Sequence record: PP712906.1
DNA length: 64,000 nucleotides
Direction: 5' to 3' (one strand)
Part shown: positions 28,586 to 39,446 of the stretch, one piece after another
How the letters are laid out: the number at the start of each line of letters is the position of its first letter
Numbering within the stretch: position 1 is the stretch's first letter
The notes under the pieces: generated by a model
Told to the model about the DNA's origin: nothing
The model's database searches: none
What the model saw: only the letters and a program-made list of their open reading frames with translations
Program-made: the position numbers and the translations under genes

Positions 28586-28611
28586 GATTATTTTATTATG
28601 GGAAACGAACA

Positions 28612-29568
28612 ATGTCATTTAATTTCGATCCAAAAGAGCTTCTATGGGAACAACGCTACCGCCCGCAATCAATCAAAGATTGTGTACTGCCTGAACGTGT
28701 TCGTAAACTGTTTCAGAAAATGGTAGACGACAACGAAATCCCAAACATGTTGCTATGTAGCTCTTCACCGGGTACTGGTAAAACGACTGTTGCTCGTGCA
28801 GTACTTGCAGATATGGGTTATGAAGTTCTATTTGTTAACGCATCATCAAGCCGTGGTATTGGTCTTGTTCAAAACGACTTACCGGCATTCTGCTCAACTG
28901 TTTCATTCTCTGGTAATCCAAAAGCGGTTATTCTCGATGAGGCAGACAACTTAACTCCAGACGCTCAAAAAGCTCTACGTGGTTTGATTGAACAGTACAG
29001 CAAAAACGTTCGCTTCGTTCTGACGTGTAACTACGCTCAGAAAATCTTGACACCGATTCGCTCACGTCTGCAAGAATTTGAATTCGTGTACAACAAAGAA
29101 GAACAGCTATCTTGCGTTAAGCAAATGATTGTTCGCTCTATGCAAATCTGTAAACAAGAAGGTGTATCGGTTACTAACGCTGCTGTTCTCAAAGAGCTTG
29201 TGAAGCGTAATTACCCAGACAATCGCAAAACCATCGTTTCACTGCAAAACTACGCACGAAACGGCGTGATTGACGAGGGTATTCTGTCTGAAATCACTGC
29301 TAACGACGATATTTCTGAAATGCTAGACGCATTGAAATCGAAAGACTTCAAAACTGTGCGTAGTTTGATTCCGAAATACTCTGGTGACATTGCATCGTTT
29401 CTGCATAATCTTTACAAAGCAGCATACACGCATTTGGACGGTAATAGCATCCCTGTCTTCATTCAAATTGTCGGTGAAGCGAACAACAACGCGACCACAT
29501 GTGTCGATACTGAAATTCTACTAGCGTACACATTGGTTCAGATTATGCTTGAATGTACTTTCGCATAA
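28612..29568 (+). CDS. 44: clamp loader large subunit
   Basis: LWEQRYRPQSI, SPGTGKTT, ILDEAD, PIRSR (SRC motif). Confidence 0.96.
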   Translation: MSFNFDPKELLWEQRYRPQSIKDCVLPERVRKLFQKMVDDNEIPNMLLCSSSPGTGKTTVARAVLADMGYEVLFVNASSSRGIGLVQNDLPAFCSTVSFSGNPKAVILDEADNLTPDAQKALRGLIEQYSKNVRFVLTCNYAQKILTPIRSRLQEFEFVYNKEEQLSCVKQMIVRSMQICKQEGVSVTNAAVLKELVKRNYPDNRKTIVSLQNYARNGVIDEGILSEITANDDISEMLDALKSKDFKTVRSLIPKYSGDIASFLHNLYKAAYTHLDGNSIPVFIQIVGEANNNATTCVDTEILLAYTLVQIMLECTFA

Positions 29569-29574
29569 GGGGGT

Positions 29575-30066
29575 TTGATGGACATTTTTGAACTACTCGC
29601 GAAAGGTGAAGAAGCTGAGAAAGCAGCGCAGAACGAACAGGCTGAGTTCGAAGCTGAAATGAAGGCGGCGAAAGTCAAAAAACTCTCGCCATTTGACTTT
29701 CTCAATAGCTTGTACATGAAAGACTACATCATGAACGATGATGTGAAGAGTCAATATCAAGCATTCATGGTGAATCGCGGTATGTCGAATGGCATTGACA
29801 CAGTGGTTCATGCGTACATCATGGATCAAGTCGGTAGTAAACTGCCACCTGATATGCAATATGATTACTATTATCATGCAGTTCGAAAAGGTAAGCGATA
29901 CAACTCGTGGGCGAAAGAAACGAAATACGAAGCAGTTGATATGATCATGGAAATCTATCAAATCAACAAGCAAAAAGCTATTGATGTGCTTCATCGTCTG
30001 ACCGATGATGAGCTTGAGCAGTTGACTACATGGTTTGAATCCCGAACAGGGGGCTTAACACGCTAA
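29575..30066 (+). CDS. 62: clamp loader small subunit
   Basis: FMVNRGMS, QYDYYYHAVRKGKRYNSWAK; synteny 44-62-regA. Confidence 0.9.
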   Translation: MMDIFELLAKGEEAEKAAQNEQAEFEAEMKAAKVKKLSPFDFLNSLYMKDYIMNDDVKSQYQAFMVNRGMSNGIDTVVHAYIMDQVGSKLPPDMQYDYYYHAVRKGKRYNSWAKETKYEAVDMIMEIYQINKQKAIDVLHRLTDDELEQLTTWFESRTGGLTR

Positions 30067-30100
30067 TAAATATGTTTTTATTATGCTGTTGAGATTAATC

Positions 30101-30481
30101 ATGGACATTATTAACAAACTTGAAATTCAATTACCAGATGACGATGCCTTTCTAAAGATTCGCGAGACTCTAACGCGAATTGGCATCGCCAATAACAAAA
30201 CAAACACTCTGTACCAGTCATGTCATATTCTTCAGAAGCGTGGCGTTTACTTTCTGGTACACTTCAAAGAGCTTTTAGCACTTGACGGTCGTTGTGTGGA
30301 AATCACTGCTGAAGACATTGAACGACGCAACAACATCGCCAAGTTACTCGAAGATTGGAACTTGTGTAAGATTGCTCATCCTGAGTCACATGAATTCACT
30401 GGTGACAATAAATTCCGCGTGATTTCGTTCCGCGATTCTAAAAACTGGAATCTAAGGTACAAATATCGCATAGGATCTTAA
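30101..30481 (+). CDS. regA: translational repressor RegA
   Basis: DAFLKIRETLTRIGIAN, LYQSCHILQKRG.Y.LVHFKEL. Confidence 0.96.
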   Translation: MDIINKLEIQLPDDDAFLKIRETLTRIGIANNKTNTLYQSCHILQKRGVYFLVHFKELLALDGRCVEITAEDIERRNNIAKLLEDWNLCKIAHPESHEFTGDNKFRVISFRDSKNWNLRYKYRIGS

Positions 30482-30483
30482 AA

Positions 30484-31110
30484 TCACTTAGACTTGCAAT
30501 TGTCAAAGTGGTGACGAGTCATTGCACCGCCCTTTTTGCCTTGCTTTCCGCAATGCGGGCACGTGACAACGGGGAGATTCAAAAGAGCCTCGCGTATTTT
30601 CTGCGAGTGTTCTTTTGATTTCGAGACACCTTTTCGTGATTTTGACATTTTTTCTTTTGTTGTATCACTAGTGGGTTCTCTATTCTCCCATGCCTTTTTA
30701 AGGTTTTCACGATGTTCTTCGCTGAATGGGGCACGTTTGATACCTGTCAGTGTTTGAGAAATGGCTTTTGCATGAGCTTCACGTGCATAACGATAGCTGT
30801 GCGAATTGTGTCGATTATCGTTGGCTAGTCGATGCCACGCATGTGCCATTTTGTTATTGTTATAAATTTTAAACAGGAGCCAGTGGACTAAGAAGTGTTC
30901 TCTTGCAGTGAGTACTACAAGATTACTCTTTTCTTCTGAATCCATGTCAAATACGTATTCATCACGTTCTATACTCTTGGTATATCTACACATAGACTTA
31001 GGTAATATGTGATGGAGTTCTACGTAGACTGGTGCAGTTGACTTCGTCCACGCTCTTTCGACTGCTCGATTTATAATTTCGTCGTGTATTCTTTTGTAAT
31101 TCATATGCAT
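30484..31110 (-). mobile_element. free-standing HNH homing endonuclease (Mob-like)
   Basis: ELHHILPKS..NLVVLTAREHFLVH; NUMOD3-like repeats; C-terminal CPHC; TATAAATA on the minus strand at about 31129-31136. Confidence 0.88.
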
Positions 31111-31178
31111 TCCTAAAAGGTTTCTTTGTATTTATAACGGAATAGTCGAAAATTCGGGTTTTATTTGAGGAATACACT

Positions 31179-31697
31179 ATGAACAACGAACGTTTTCAAG
31201 AACTACTACAATTCGGCGGTGAATTCGAAGCTGCTGTTGAGCCTAAGATAGCAAGAGTGTTCTGTCACGCTGACCCAGACGCAATGCTAATCAATACGGC
31301 AACATCCAAAACAGATCAGAAACATAAGCGCGGTCAACGCCTCATGTACTGTCAAGACACATCCGCAAGCTTTATGCTACCTGACGTGTTTGTTTTCACA
31401 AAAGGCAAACAATTCTGCGTAGAAATCAAATGCAAGAAACGCTTTTACCGACACACTGATGGTAAATTATATGGCGTAATCGACACCTACAAAGTTCAAG
31501 AGTATCGCGACGCAGTTCGCCACATGGGATTTGATGGTATTTTCTATGTGTTCGGTGATGAAGAAACACGCTCGGTTTATTTTGCAAAAGACGACCCGAT
31601 TGACATCAAAATCCCTGCGTTTCGCGAATACAAAAACAAAAAAGGCGAGTTTAAAGCCTGGCTAATCGACGATTTGCACTTTTTAGGGAAATGGTAG
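31179..31697 (+). CDS. PD-(D/E)xK nuclease-fold protein
   Basis: LPDVFVF...VEIKCK catalytic motif. Confidence 0.7.
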   Translation: MNNERFQELLQFGGEFEAAVEPKIARVFCHADPDAMLINTATSKTDQKHKRGQRLMYCQDTSASFMLPDVFVFTKGKQFCVEIKCKKRFYRHTDGKLYGVIDTYKVQEYRDAVRHMGFDGIFYVFGDEETRSVYFAKDDPIDIKIPAFREYKNKKGEFKAWLIDDLHFLGKW

Positions 31698-31757
31698 TTT
31701 AGAACTGCATTTTTCTCTGATAGCATAACAGCACGTAACAACTTGTGAAGGAATAAC

Positions 31758-34310
31758 ATGACAATCTATACATCAATTGAACGAATCGGCTCTAATCTTT
31801 GCGAACGCTACATCGACGACGACGGTTTTGAGCATATGCGCAAAGTGAAATACGAACCGACGTTGTTCATTCACTGCAATGAAGAAACTGGATACAAAGA
31901 CATTTACGGTCGCAACTGTCGCCCTAAGATGTTTGACACAATGGGCGAAGCGAGTAAGTACATCAAAGACGCGAAGCAGTTCAACGAAGTGCTTGGTATG
32001 GATGATTTCATCGTTACGTATATCTCAGATGTGTATAAGCAGCGTGAATTCGATATGTCTCGCATTCGCATTGCTAACATAGATATTGAAACTCCGTCTG
32101 TGGAGTTCCCTGAAGCAGCACATGCGCCAGTGCCGATCACGTCAATTGGTCACTATGACAACATCGACGATAAATTCTACGTTTACGGTATCCCGTCAAA
32201 CACTGAGTGGAAACGCGAAAGCAGCATCGTTAAGCCAGAGCTTCTAGAAAAGACTGTTTACATTCGCTGTGCTACAGAAAAAGAGCTACTTGTCAAGTAT
32301 CTTCAATTCTGGCGCGAGAAAACACCAGCAATCGTAACGGGTTGGAACATTGAATCGTTCGATATGCCGTACATCGTCAACCGATACAAGAATCTGTTTG
32401 GCGAGAAAGTGATGAACAGCTTATCACCGTGGGGTAAAGTTCAAGTATCAACTACCGTCAACGACTACGGTCAAGAAATCTGTAAAGTGAATATTCTCGG
32501 CGTATCTGAACTCGATTATCTTCAACTTTACAAGAAATTCACGTATGTGACACGACCATCATATCGTCTAGATTACATCGGTGAAGTTGAGCTTGATGAG
32601 AAAAAGGTCGAGTTCGAGCAAGCTAACTACCTTGAGTTCTATGAGCAAGATTATCAGAACTTCATTGACTACCAGATTCAAGACGTTAACTTGGTTAAGC
32701 GCCTAGATGAGAAGCTTCAGCTAATGCTTTTGACTATCTCTCTAGCGTACTATGCTGGTATCAACTATCAAACGGTATTAGGCACAATCAAGCCGTGGGA
32801 TGCAATCATCTTTAACAGCTTGAAAGCTGAGAAGAAGGTTGTTCCGATGATGCGTTCTCACGAAGGTGGACGATTCATGGGTGCGTTTGTTAAAGCGCCT
32901 CAAGTGGGTTACCATCGTGGCATTGGCTCTTTCGACTTGACATCACTATACCCGTCGATTATTCGCGAATGTAACATTTCACCAGAAACAATCGTTGGTC
33001 AGCTTGACTACGAAGGGTCTCTTGAAGATCGTATCGACAAGATTGTTGAAGGGTTGATCACGTTCCCTGCTGATGAGTTATCAAACAGCGCGAACGGTAT
33101 GCAGTATCGCAAAGACGTACGCGGCGTGATTCCAGTTGAAATTGAGAAAGTTTTCTTCCAGCGTAAAGCGAATAAGAAGAAAGCATTCGAATACGAGCAA
33201 CAAGCAATCGACATCCAGAAACAGATGGATGAACAAGGTGAAACGCCTGAACTGCGTGCAGCGTATGAAGAAGCGAAACATCAAGCGAAGATCTACGACG
33301 TACAGCAAATGGCTCGTAAGATTCTTATCAACTCACTCTATGGTGCGTTAGGTAACGAATACTTCCGATTCTATGACTTGCGTAACGCTGAAGCAGTAAC
33401 AGCTTACGGTCAGCTTGCAATCAAGTGGGTAGCGCGTGACGTGAACATTTGGTTGAACAAAGTTTGTAAGACAACTGACAAAGACTACGTGATTTACGGT
33501 GATACCGACTCAATCTACGTTAACTTCGATCCGTTGCTTGAACTGACAGGCATCAACAAGCTTGAGGGTGACGACTACACAGACAAATTCGCTAAAGTAT
33601 GTGAGACTGTTGAAACGAAAGTTATCAACCCGTCATACGAAGCACTTCACAAGTACATGAACACGTACGAGCGTCAAATGTTCATGGATCGTGAGGTACT
33701 AGCACGTACTGGCTTCTTTATCGCGAAAAAGCGTTATGCACTTGACGTACAAGATAACGAAGGCATTCGTAAACCGAAGCTGAAAATCATGGGTATTGAG
33801 ACTCAACGTAGTTCAACACCACCACTTTGCCAAAAAGGTCTTAAAGAAGCAATTCGTTTGATTCTGCAAGAAGGCGAAGCGAAGCTTCAAGAATTTGTAA
33901 AGGGGTATGAGAAAGAGTTCAAGGCAGCTCCGTATCAAGAAGTGTCATTTGTATCTAGTGCAAACAACATGAACAAATACTCTGATGATAAAGGTAATCC
34001 TGGTAAGGGATGTCCGGGTCACGTGAAAGGCGCGCTGTACTACAACAAGCTTGCTGAAGAGCACGGGTTCGACAAGATCAACGAGGGTGACAAAATCGCT
34101 GTTGTGTTCTTGACTCGAAACAAGCACGGTATTGACCGTATTGCTTACCCGTCTGGCGGCAAACTGCCTGAAGCAATCTCATACTTGATTGAACACGTTG
34201 ATTACAATCGTCTGTATGAAGATAAGTTCATCAAACCGTTGAGCGCGATTTCTGAAGCAATTCAGTTCGACTACAAGAAAACAATCACATTGGAGAGTTT
34301 CTTTGGCTAA
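31758..34310 (+). CDS. 43: family B DNA polymerase
   Basis: Exonuclease DIET; polymerase [27 protein letters not shown]. Confidence 0.98.
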   Translation: MTIYTSIERIGSNLCERYIDDDGFEHMRKVKYEPTLFIHCNEETGYKDIYGRNCRPKMFDTMGEASKYIKDAKQFNEVLGMDDFIVTYISDVYKQREFDMSRIRIANIDIETPSVEFPEAAHAPVPITSIGHYDNIDDKFYVYGIPSNTEWKRESSIVKPELLEKTVYIRCATEKELLVKYLQFWREKTPAIVTGWNIESFDMPYIVNRYKNLFGEKVMNSLSPWGKVQVSTTVNDYGQEICKVNILGVSELDYLQLYKKFTYVTRPSYRLDYIGEVELDEKKVEFEQANYLEFYEQDYQNFIDYQIQDVNLVKRLDEKLQLMLLTISLAYYAGINYQTVLGTIKPWDAIIFNSLKAEKKVVPMMRSHEGGRFMGAFVKAPQVGYHRGIGSFDLTSLYPSIIRECNISPETIVGQLDYEGSLEDRIDKIVEGLITFPADELSNSANGMQYRKDVRGVIPVEIEKVFFQRKANKKKAFEYEQQAIDIQKQMDEQGETPELRAAYEEAKHQAKIYDVQQMARKILINSLYGALGNEYFRFYDLRNAEAVTAYGQLAIKWVARDVNIWLNKVCKTTDKDYVIYGDTDSIYVNFDPLLELTGINKLEGDDYTDKFAKVCETVETKVINPSYEALHKYMNTYERQMFMDREVLARTGFFIAKKRYALDVQDNEGIRKPKLKIMGIETQRSSTPPLCQKGLKEAIRLILQEGEAKLQEFVKGYEKEFKAAPYQEVSFVSSANNMNKYSDDKGNPGKGCPGHVKGALYYNKLAEEHGFDKINEGDKIAVVFLTRNKHGIDRIAYPSGGKLPEAISYLIEHVDYNRLYEDKFIKPLSAISEAIQFDYKKTITLESFFG

Positions 34311-34341
34311 TGTAGATAAATTTGCAATCGGGGGCGCAGAA

Positions 34342-34611
34342 ATGCGCCCTGAGATTGGCGACGTGTGTCGTGACCACTTTCCGACTTCGAGAAATTGGCA
34401 TGAGGATTGGAACACGACTGCGATTAATTACGTGAAATACGAGCGTGATATTCACCTCGACATTTCATCTTGGTACGTAGATGCAGAGAACAATGTTCTA
34501 TCAATCACGTTGAAAAATGAAGAGCCGTCGATTCACGGGATGATTGTTCCACCTCGTGTTTGCCTTGACCTGACTAAGGTCAGAGAAATAATCACAGAAA
34601 TCTTGAAATAA
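34342..34611 (+). CDS. hypothetical protein
   Basis: ORF after gene 43; start uncertain. Confidence 0.55.
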   Translation: MRPEIGDVCRDHFPTSRNWHEDWNTTAINYVKYERDIHLDISSWYVDAENNVLSITLKNEEPSIHGMIVPPRVCLDLTKVREIITEILK

Positions 34612-34674
34612 GACGTTGACAGTGTGCATGAACTCGTGTACACTGTTAAAAGACTATTTTGAGAGGAAAAGACA

Positions 34675-35820
34675 ATGACTACACAAGAACTATACAATCA
34701 TTTGATGACACTGACCGACGACGCTGAAGGCAAGTTCTTCTTTGCTGATCACATTTCACCGCTCGGTGAGAAACTTCGTGTGTTTAGCTATCACATTGCG
34801 TCGTACTCTGACTGGCTGCTGCCGGGTGCTCTTGAAGCGCGTGGTATCATGTTCCAGCTTGACGAACAAGATAAGATGGTTCGTATCGTGTCTCGCCCGA
34901 TGGAGAAATTCTTCAATCTGAACGAGAATCCCTTTACGATGGATCTTGACTTGACGACTACTGTTCAGCTAATGGACAAAGCTGATGGTTCTTTAATCAG
35001 TACGTATCTGACTGGTGAGAACTTCGCGCTGAAGTCAAAAACAAGCATCTTCTCTGAGCAAGCCGTTGCAGCGAATCGCTACATCAAATTGCCAGAGAAT
35101 CGCGACTTGTGGGAATTCTGTGACGACTTAACTCAAGCTGGTTGTACAGTCAACATGGAATGGTGCGCGCCAAATAACCGTATTGTTCTTGAGTATCCAG
35201 AAGCGAAGCTGGTCATCTTGAATATTCGTGACAACGAAACAGGTGATTACGTGAGCTTTGACGACATCCCGCTACCTGCGTTGATGCGTGTCAAGAAGTG
35301 GTTAGTTGATGAGTATGACCCTGAAACTGCACACGCAGACGATTTCGTTGAGAAATTGCGTGCGACTAAAGGCATCGAAGGCATGATCTTGCGCCTAGCA
35401 AACGGTCAATCGGTGAAAATCAAGACTCAGTGGTATGTCGATCTGCACTCGCAAAAAGACTCTGTGAACGTTCCGAAGAAGTTGGTGACAACTATCTTGA
35501 ACAACAATCACGATGATCTGTATGCGCTGTTTGCCGACGACAAGCCGACAATCGACCGCATTCGTGAGTTCGATTCTCACGTATCGAAGACTGTATCTGC
35601 ATCGTTCCACGCTGTAAGTCAGTTTTACGTGAAAAATCGACATCTGTCGCGCAAAGATTATGCAATCGCAGGTCAGAAAACACTTAAACCGTGGGAATTT
35701 GGCGTAGCAATGATCGCGTATCAGAATCAAACCGTCGAAGGCGTGTACGAAGCTTTAGTCGGTGCGTATCTGAAGCGACCAGAACTACTCATTCCTGAGA
35801 AGTATCTGAATGAGGCATAA
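34675..35820 (+). CDS. rnlA: RNA ligase 1
   Basis: SRPMEKFFNLNE, KADGSL adenylation motif, EGMIL, VKIKTQWY; TTGACA-N17-TACACT promoter upstream. Confidence 0.95.
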   Translation: MTTQELYNHLMTLTDDAEGKFFFADHISPLGEKLRVFSYHIASYSDWLLPGALEARGIMFQLDEQDKMVRIVSRPMEKFFNLNENPFTMDLDLTTTVQLMDKADGSLISTYLTGENFALKSKTSIFSEQAVAANRYIKLPENRDLWEFCDDLTQAGCTVNMEWCAPNNRIVLEYPEAKLVILNIRDNETGDYVSFDDIPLPALMRVKKWLVDEYDPETAHADDFVEKLRATKGIEGMILRLANGQSVKIKTQWYVDLHSQKDSVNVPKKLVTTILNNNHDDLYALFADDKPTIDRIREFDSHVSKTVSASFHAVSQFYVKNRHLSRKDYAIAGQKTLKPWEFGVAMIAYQNQTVEGVYEALVGAYLKRPELLIPEKYLNEA

Positions 35821-36093
35821 ATGCACCACTTTGTATTTCAAAACGGGGAGCCGATGCGAGTCGGCAACCCACAAGAGTTCATAGAAAAATTCAACAAATA
35901 TTTCCTACCAGAGCTGCAAAAACGATTAGATGACGACCCGAAAACTCGCGGTGGTCGAATCGTGTATGCGGGCCCTTCTAAAACAGACACTATTCAAGGC
36001 ATTGATGTTCAAATCATGGACAAAGATGGTATCGTGTCTACGTTTTACGTGAATGTCTTCACACAGACGTTCAGTCCTGTCTTCTACCAGTGA
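35821..36093 (+). CDS. hypothetical protein
   Basis: Abuts rnlA; GAGG SD. Confidence 0.6.
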   Translation: MHHFVFQNGEPMRVGNPQEFIEKFNKYFLPELQKRLDDDPKTRGGRIVYAGPSKTDTIQGIDVQIMDKDGIVSTFYVNVFTQTFSPVFYQ

Positions 36094-36129
36094 TAAATAC
36101 TCCCGTATGAATAATATGGGAGTAATATC

Positions 36130-36513
36130 ATGTTCGCACAATACAAAATCTATGTGCTATTGGCTATTGCTGCTGTGTTCATTGGGTCTATTGGTTATCT
36201 GAAGTATGAGAATGTTAGTCTTGAGAAAGAACTAGTCACTCAAATTGCTGAAGTCGAACGACTGACTGGTGATAATGAACGCTTGCACGCGACTGTTGAA
36301 AGCAAAGACCGCACAATCGAGAACTGGCGTTCAGTTTACAACGAGCAAGAGCAGTATCGAAGCAAACTTCAGAAAGATCTAGACGAACTAACCGCAACTA
36401 TAGACACGTATAAGTCACGTCAAGACATCGTGTTTAAAAAGCCAGGTCTAGTTCAGATTAAAGAGCAGAAAGCTCTTGATAAGTTCTTTGATGAGGTGCG
36501 CAATGGTCAATAA
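36130..36513 (+). CDS. inner-membrane spanin (pseT.3-like)
   Basis: N-terminal TM then coiled coil; GATAAATA late-like motif upstream; T4 synteny. Confidence 0.8.
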   Translation: MFAQYKIYVLLAIAAVFIGSIGYLKYENVSLEKELVTQIAEVERLTGDNERLHATVESKDRTIENWRSVYNEQEQYRSKLQKDLDELTATIDTYKSRQDIVFKKPGLVQIKEQKALDKFFDEVRNGQ

Positions 36514-36832
36514 AATCATAGCTATTGCTCTATGTTTGATGCTGGCTGGGTGTATAGGCACACCAAAAGAGCCAGTACCCGAGCCGCCAAAGAATGAAAT
36601 CGTTCATCCGAATATGCCAACACCGCCACCAAATCCCGGTGTCAAAATATTGGTCATTACGACTGACACTATCAAAGCTAATACAGCTTACGTGGGGTTT
36701 GAGTACGACGAATGGCTAGACTTCGCGAAATGGATGCACTCGTACAAGTCATATAACCAAGATTTGCTTGAAGTTATTCGACTGTATAAAGAGCAAGATC
36801 CGAACATTCAGAAAAAAGTTGAAAATAATTAA
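36503..36832 (+). CDS. outer-membrane lipoprotein spanin (pseT.2-like)
   Basis: Lipobox LAGC and a Pro-rich segment; overlaps the i-spanin end. Confidence 0.82.
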   Translation: MVNKIIAIALCLMLAGCIGTPKEPVPEPPKNEIVHPNMPTPPPNPGVKILVITTDTIKANTAYVGFEYDEWLDFAKWMHSYKSYNQDLLEVIRLYKEQDPNIQKKVENN

Positions 36833-36834
36833 AG

Positions 36835-36914
36835 AAAAGGGTTGCTTCGGCAGCCCTTTTTGCGTATTATAGCTTTATCGAAACGACATCGACTAACAAA
36901 GAGAGCATATTATG
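36835..36914 (+). promoter_or_regulatory. early promoter cassette within a terminator hairpin
   Basis: TTGCTT 36842-36847, 17 bp spacer, TATTAT 36865-36870, TATCGAAACGA box. Confidence 0.8.
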
Positions 36915-37211
36915 ATTCAATTCAAACGCAGAAATCTTGTACCTGACAATCAATCTCCACTATGGGCATATGATTCAGTTGACGCGCTTAAAAGCGACGA
37001 TTTGAATGAGCGTAACTTTTACAACAACGTAACAGGTGAAACTCATAACAAACTGCGTATCACACGCGGTCGATTTGACAAGAAATGGGTTCTTCGTGCT
37101 ACGTCTAAAGACAACGACTTCAAATTGTTAGTTGTCGCTGATGACTTCAAAACGAAGAAAGAAGCAATTGAATACGTAAATGACGTTTACTTAAACACAA
37201 AAGGGCTGTAA
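36912..37211 (+). CDS. hypothetical early protein
   Basis: Behind the promoter cassette. Confidence 0.7.
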   Translation: MIQFKRRNLVPDNQSPLWAYDSVDALKSDDLNERNFYNNVTGETHNKLRITRGRFDKKWVLRATSKDNDFKLLVVADDFKTKKEAIEYVNDVYLNTKGL

Positions 37212-37212
37212 G

Positions 37213-38370
37213 ATGAACGAACTTATTGATGCAACAAACGAAGCGCGTACGCAATACGAGCAGTATGGTGCATGTAGTGCTTTTCAAATCGAAGGTCTAC
37301 TTACTGAACTCGAAAAGCACGCTTCTGACAACGCTGTTGTGAAGTCTGCACGAACTGAGTTCGACGATTACGAGAATTTGACTGGTACACGTATTGATCA
37401 ACTACTGACAGTCGCTGAAGTCACCATCTTTAAAACAAGTGAGAAAAACTTAATGAAACTGATTGTAACAGTCGGTGTGCCTGCGTCCGGCAAAACTACG
37501 TGGGCTGAGAAATTCTGTGCAAACGGAAAAGCAGTAAATGTCAATCGCGACGATACTCGTCAAGAACTGTTCGGTCCCTTCAAGTGGGGCGAATACAGCT
37601 TCAAGAAGCAGAACGAAGAACTTGTGACGAAAGTCAACAAAGACAAAGCTATGCTTGCCCTACGTTCTGGTAAAGACGTTGTAATCTCTGATACTAACCT
37701 TGTGCCAGAGCGTCGTGAAGAGTGGCGTAATATCGCTAAACAGCTTGGTGCTGAATACGAAGAGAAGTTGTTTCATATCTCTTTCGATGAAGCATTTGCA
37801 CGCGATAAAGCTCGTGAAATGTCAGTTGGTGGTAAAGTTCTAACAACTATGTTCCAGAACTACCACCGAAACAACCGTGATTTGATTATCGCGCACTTCA
37901 AATCACTGCTTGAGCCTCTTTGGGAAGCTGGTACTGAGTTGTGTGTATTGTCTGACATCGACGGCACAGTTGCTGAAATGCACAAAGGTGTTAAAGGTCG
38001 TCGTAGCCCATTTGAATGGCTACGTGTTGAAGAAGACTCACCGCGTGACACTGTAATCGAAATGCTAGATCTTCTGAGCGCCCACTATCCAATCATTTTC
38101 ATGAGCGGTCGTGATGGTGTTTGTGAAGAGCATACACGCCGTTGGCTATTGAAGCATATGCCATTCGCGTATTCAAGTGGGTTTGACTTGGTCATGCGTG
38201 GTAAAGGCGATTCACGCCCAGACTGGGTAATCAAACTAGAATTGCTACTAGAATTAGCAAAACGTGGTTATCGTCGTCCTATCGTGATGTTCGATGACCG
38301 TGATCAAGTAGTCAATACTCTACGTGAAGTAGGTGTTGAAGTGTTCCAAGTACAACCGGGTAACTTTTAA
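37213..38370 (+). CDS. pseT: polynucleotide 5'-kinase/3'-phosphatase with an N-terminal extension
   Basis: GVPASGKTT, NRDD, ISDTNL; HAD motif DIDGT, MSGR, MFDDR. Confidence 0.95.
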   Translation: MNELIDATNEARTQYEQYGACSAFQIEGLLTELEKHASDNAVVKSARTEFDDYENLTGTRIDQLLTVAEVTIFKTSEKNLMKLIVTVGVPASGKTTWAEKFCANGKAVNVNRDDTRQELFGPFKWGEYSFKKQNEELVTKVNKDKAMLALRSGKDVVISDTNLVPERREEWRNIAKQLGAEYEEKLFHISFDEAFARDKAREMSVGGKVLTTMFQNYHRNNRDLIIAHFKSLLEPLWEAGTELCVLSDIDGTVAEMHKGVKGRRSPFEWLRVEEDSPRDTVIEMLDLLSAHYPIIFMSGRDGVCEEHTRRWLLKHMPFAYSSGFDLVMRGKGDSRPDWVIKLELLLELAKRGYRRPIVMFDDRDQVVNTLREVGVEVFQVQPGNF

Positions 38371-38379
38371 GGCAAAATT

Positions 38380-38934
38380 ATGACTGAAGTATTAATCACA
38401 ATCGCTGCAATCGCATTTGTAGCACTCGTAGTAACACTGATCGTACGTGCTCGTATCAAGCAAAAAGAAGAAGCTGCGAATGCATTGTCAATGCGTGAAG
38501 CTGCGGCTAATCGCACACGTGAACAACTCGAATCAATCAGCGCAATGAGTAACGGTGCTTCTCGTATGAAGCCTAAAGCTCCATCACGACCTGCGAGTTC
38601 TTCTCGACATAGCGCACCATCACGTTCTCACGTGTCTCGTACGCGACGTGACGACGATGACATCATCACTAACCCGTTGCACCCGTTAAATCCGATTACT
38701 GACCCGGTCGGTCTGTATGAACGCGACGAACCGGTACGTGAAACACGCTCAGAACCAAGCTACTCTGCACCTGAGCCGAGTTACAGTGAGCCAGAACGTA
38801 GTTCTAGCGTATCAAGCCCAGGCAGCTACTCATTCGGTGGTAGTTCGGATAGCGGCTCAAGCTACTCAAGCTCAAGTGACAGTGATTCAAGTTACTCAAG
38901 TAGCGGTAGTAGTTCAGGCGGGAGCTTCGACTAA
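38380..38934 (+). CDS. membrane-anchored protein with a Ser-rich disordered tail
   Basis: N-terminal TM; C-terminal SSYSSS low-complexity region. Confidence 0.75.
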   Translation: MTEVLITIAAIAFVALVVTLIVRARIKQKEEAANALSMREAAANRTREQLESISAMSNGASRMKPKAPSRPASSSRHSAPSRSHVSRTRRDDDDIITNPLHPLNPITDPVGLYERDEPVRETRSEPSYSAPEPSYSEPERSSSVSSPGSYSFGGSSDSGSSYSSSSDSDSSYSSSGSSSGGSFD

Positions 38935-39446
38935 TGATTGTATCTGAAATTCGTGGCGACTTGGTCGCCACCCTTGCTCAAGCAATTGAAAATCCGAATC
39001 ATCAACGTACGTTTATCATGGGGCAAGGTTGTAACTGCTTTATCAGACAAGGTTCTGGCATTGCAGGTCAGCTACGCCGTTTCCCTGAAGTATATCAAGC
39101 TGATATTGACTACGGTCGTGAAGGCGATCCGTTGAAACTTGGTGAATTCTCTGTTGCATTGTTCGACAAACACGGAACTGTTCCACAAGCTGCTGTGTTC
39201 AACCTGTACACGCAGTTCAGTATGGGGACTCGTGAGCGTCATGCTGAATATTCAGCAATCAAAGAAGGCGTTCGCGCTATGGTTCGCTACCTTGAAGACA
39301 ATGACGACAAGATCTACTTGCCATTAATCGGTGCTGGCTTAGCTGGCGGCGATTGGGAAATCATTCGCCATATCATCGACAAAGCAAGTGGAAATAAAGA
39401 AATTGTCATTGTACATTTCGAAGAAGGCACACTAATCGACTGGTGA
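38934..39446 (+). CDS. macrodomain ADP-ribose hydrolase
   Basis: RGDL, GCNCF..QGSGIA, NLYTQ, PLIGAGLAGGDW. Confidence 0.9.
   Translation: MIVSEIRGDLVATLAQAIENPNHQRTFIMGQGCNCFIRQGSGIAGQLRRFPEVYQADIDYGREGDPLKLGEFSVALFDKHGTVPQAAVFNLYTQFSMGTRERHAEYSAIKEGVRAMVRYLEDNDDKIYLPLIGAGLAGGDWEIIRHIIDKASGNKEIVIVHFEEGTLIDW

Noticed and set aside
36130-36832. Spanin pair far from any holin or endolysin as a novelty
   Set aside because: This matches the known T4 pseT.3/pseT.2 arrangement.
34675-38370. Rnl1 plus PseT (and Rnl2) as a new RNA repair system
   Set aside because: Well-characterised T4-type tRNA healing and sealing genes.
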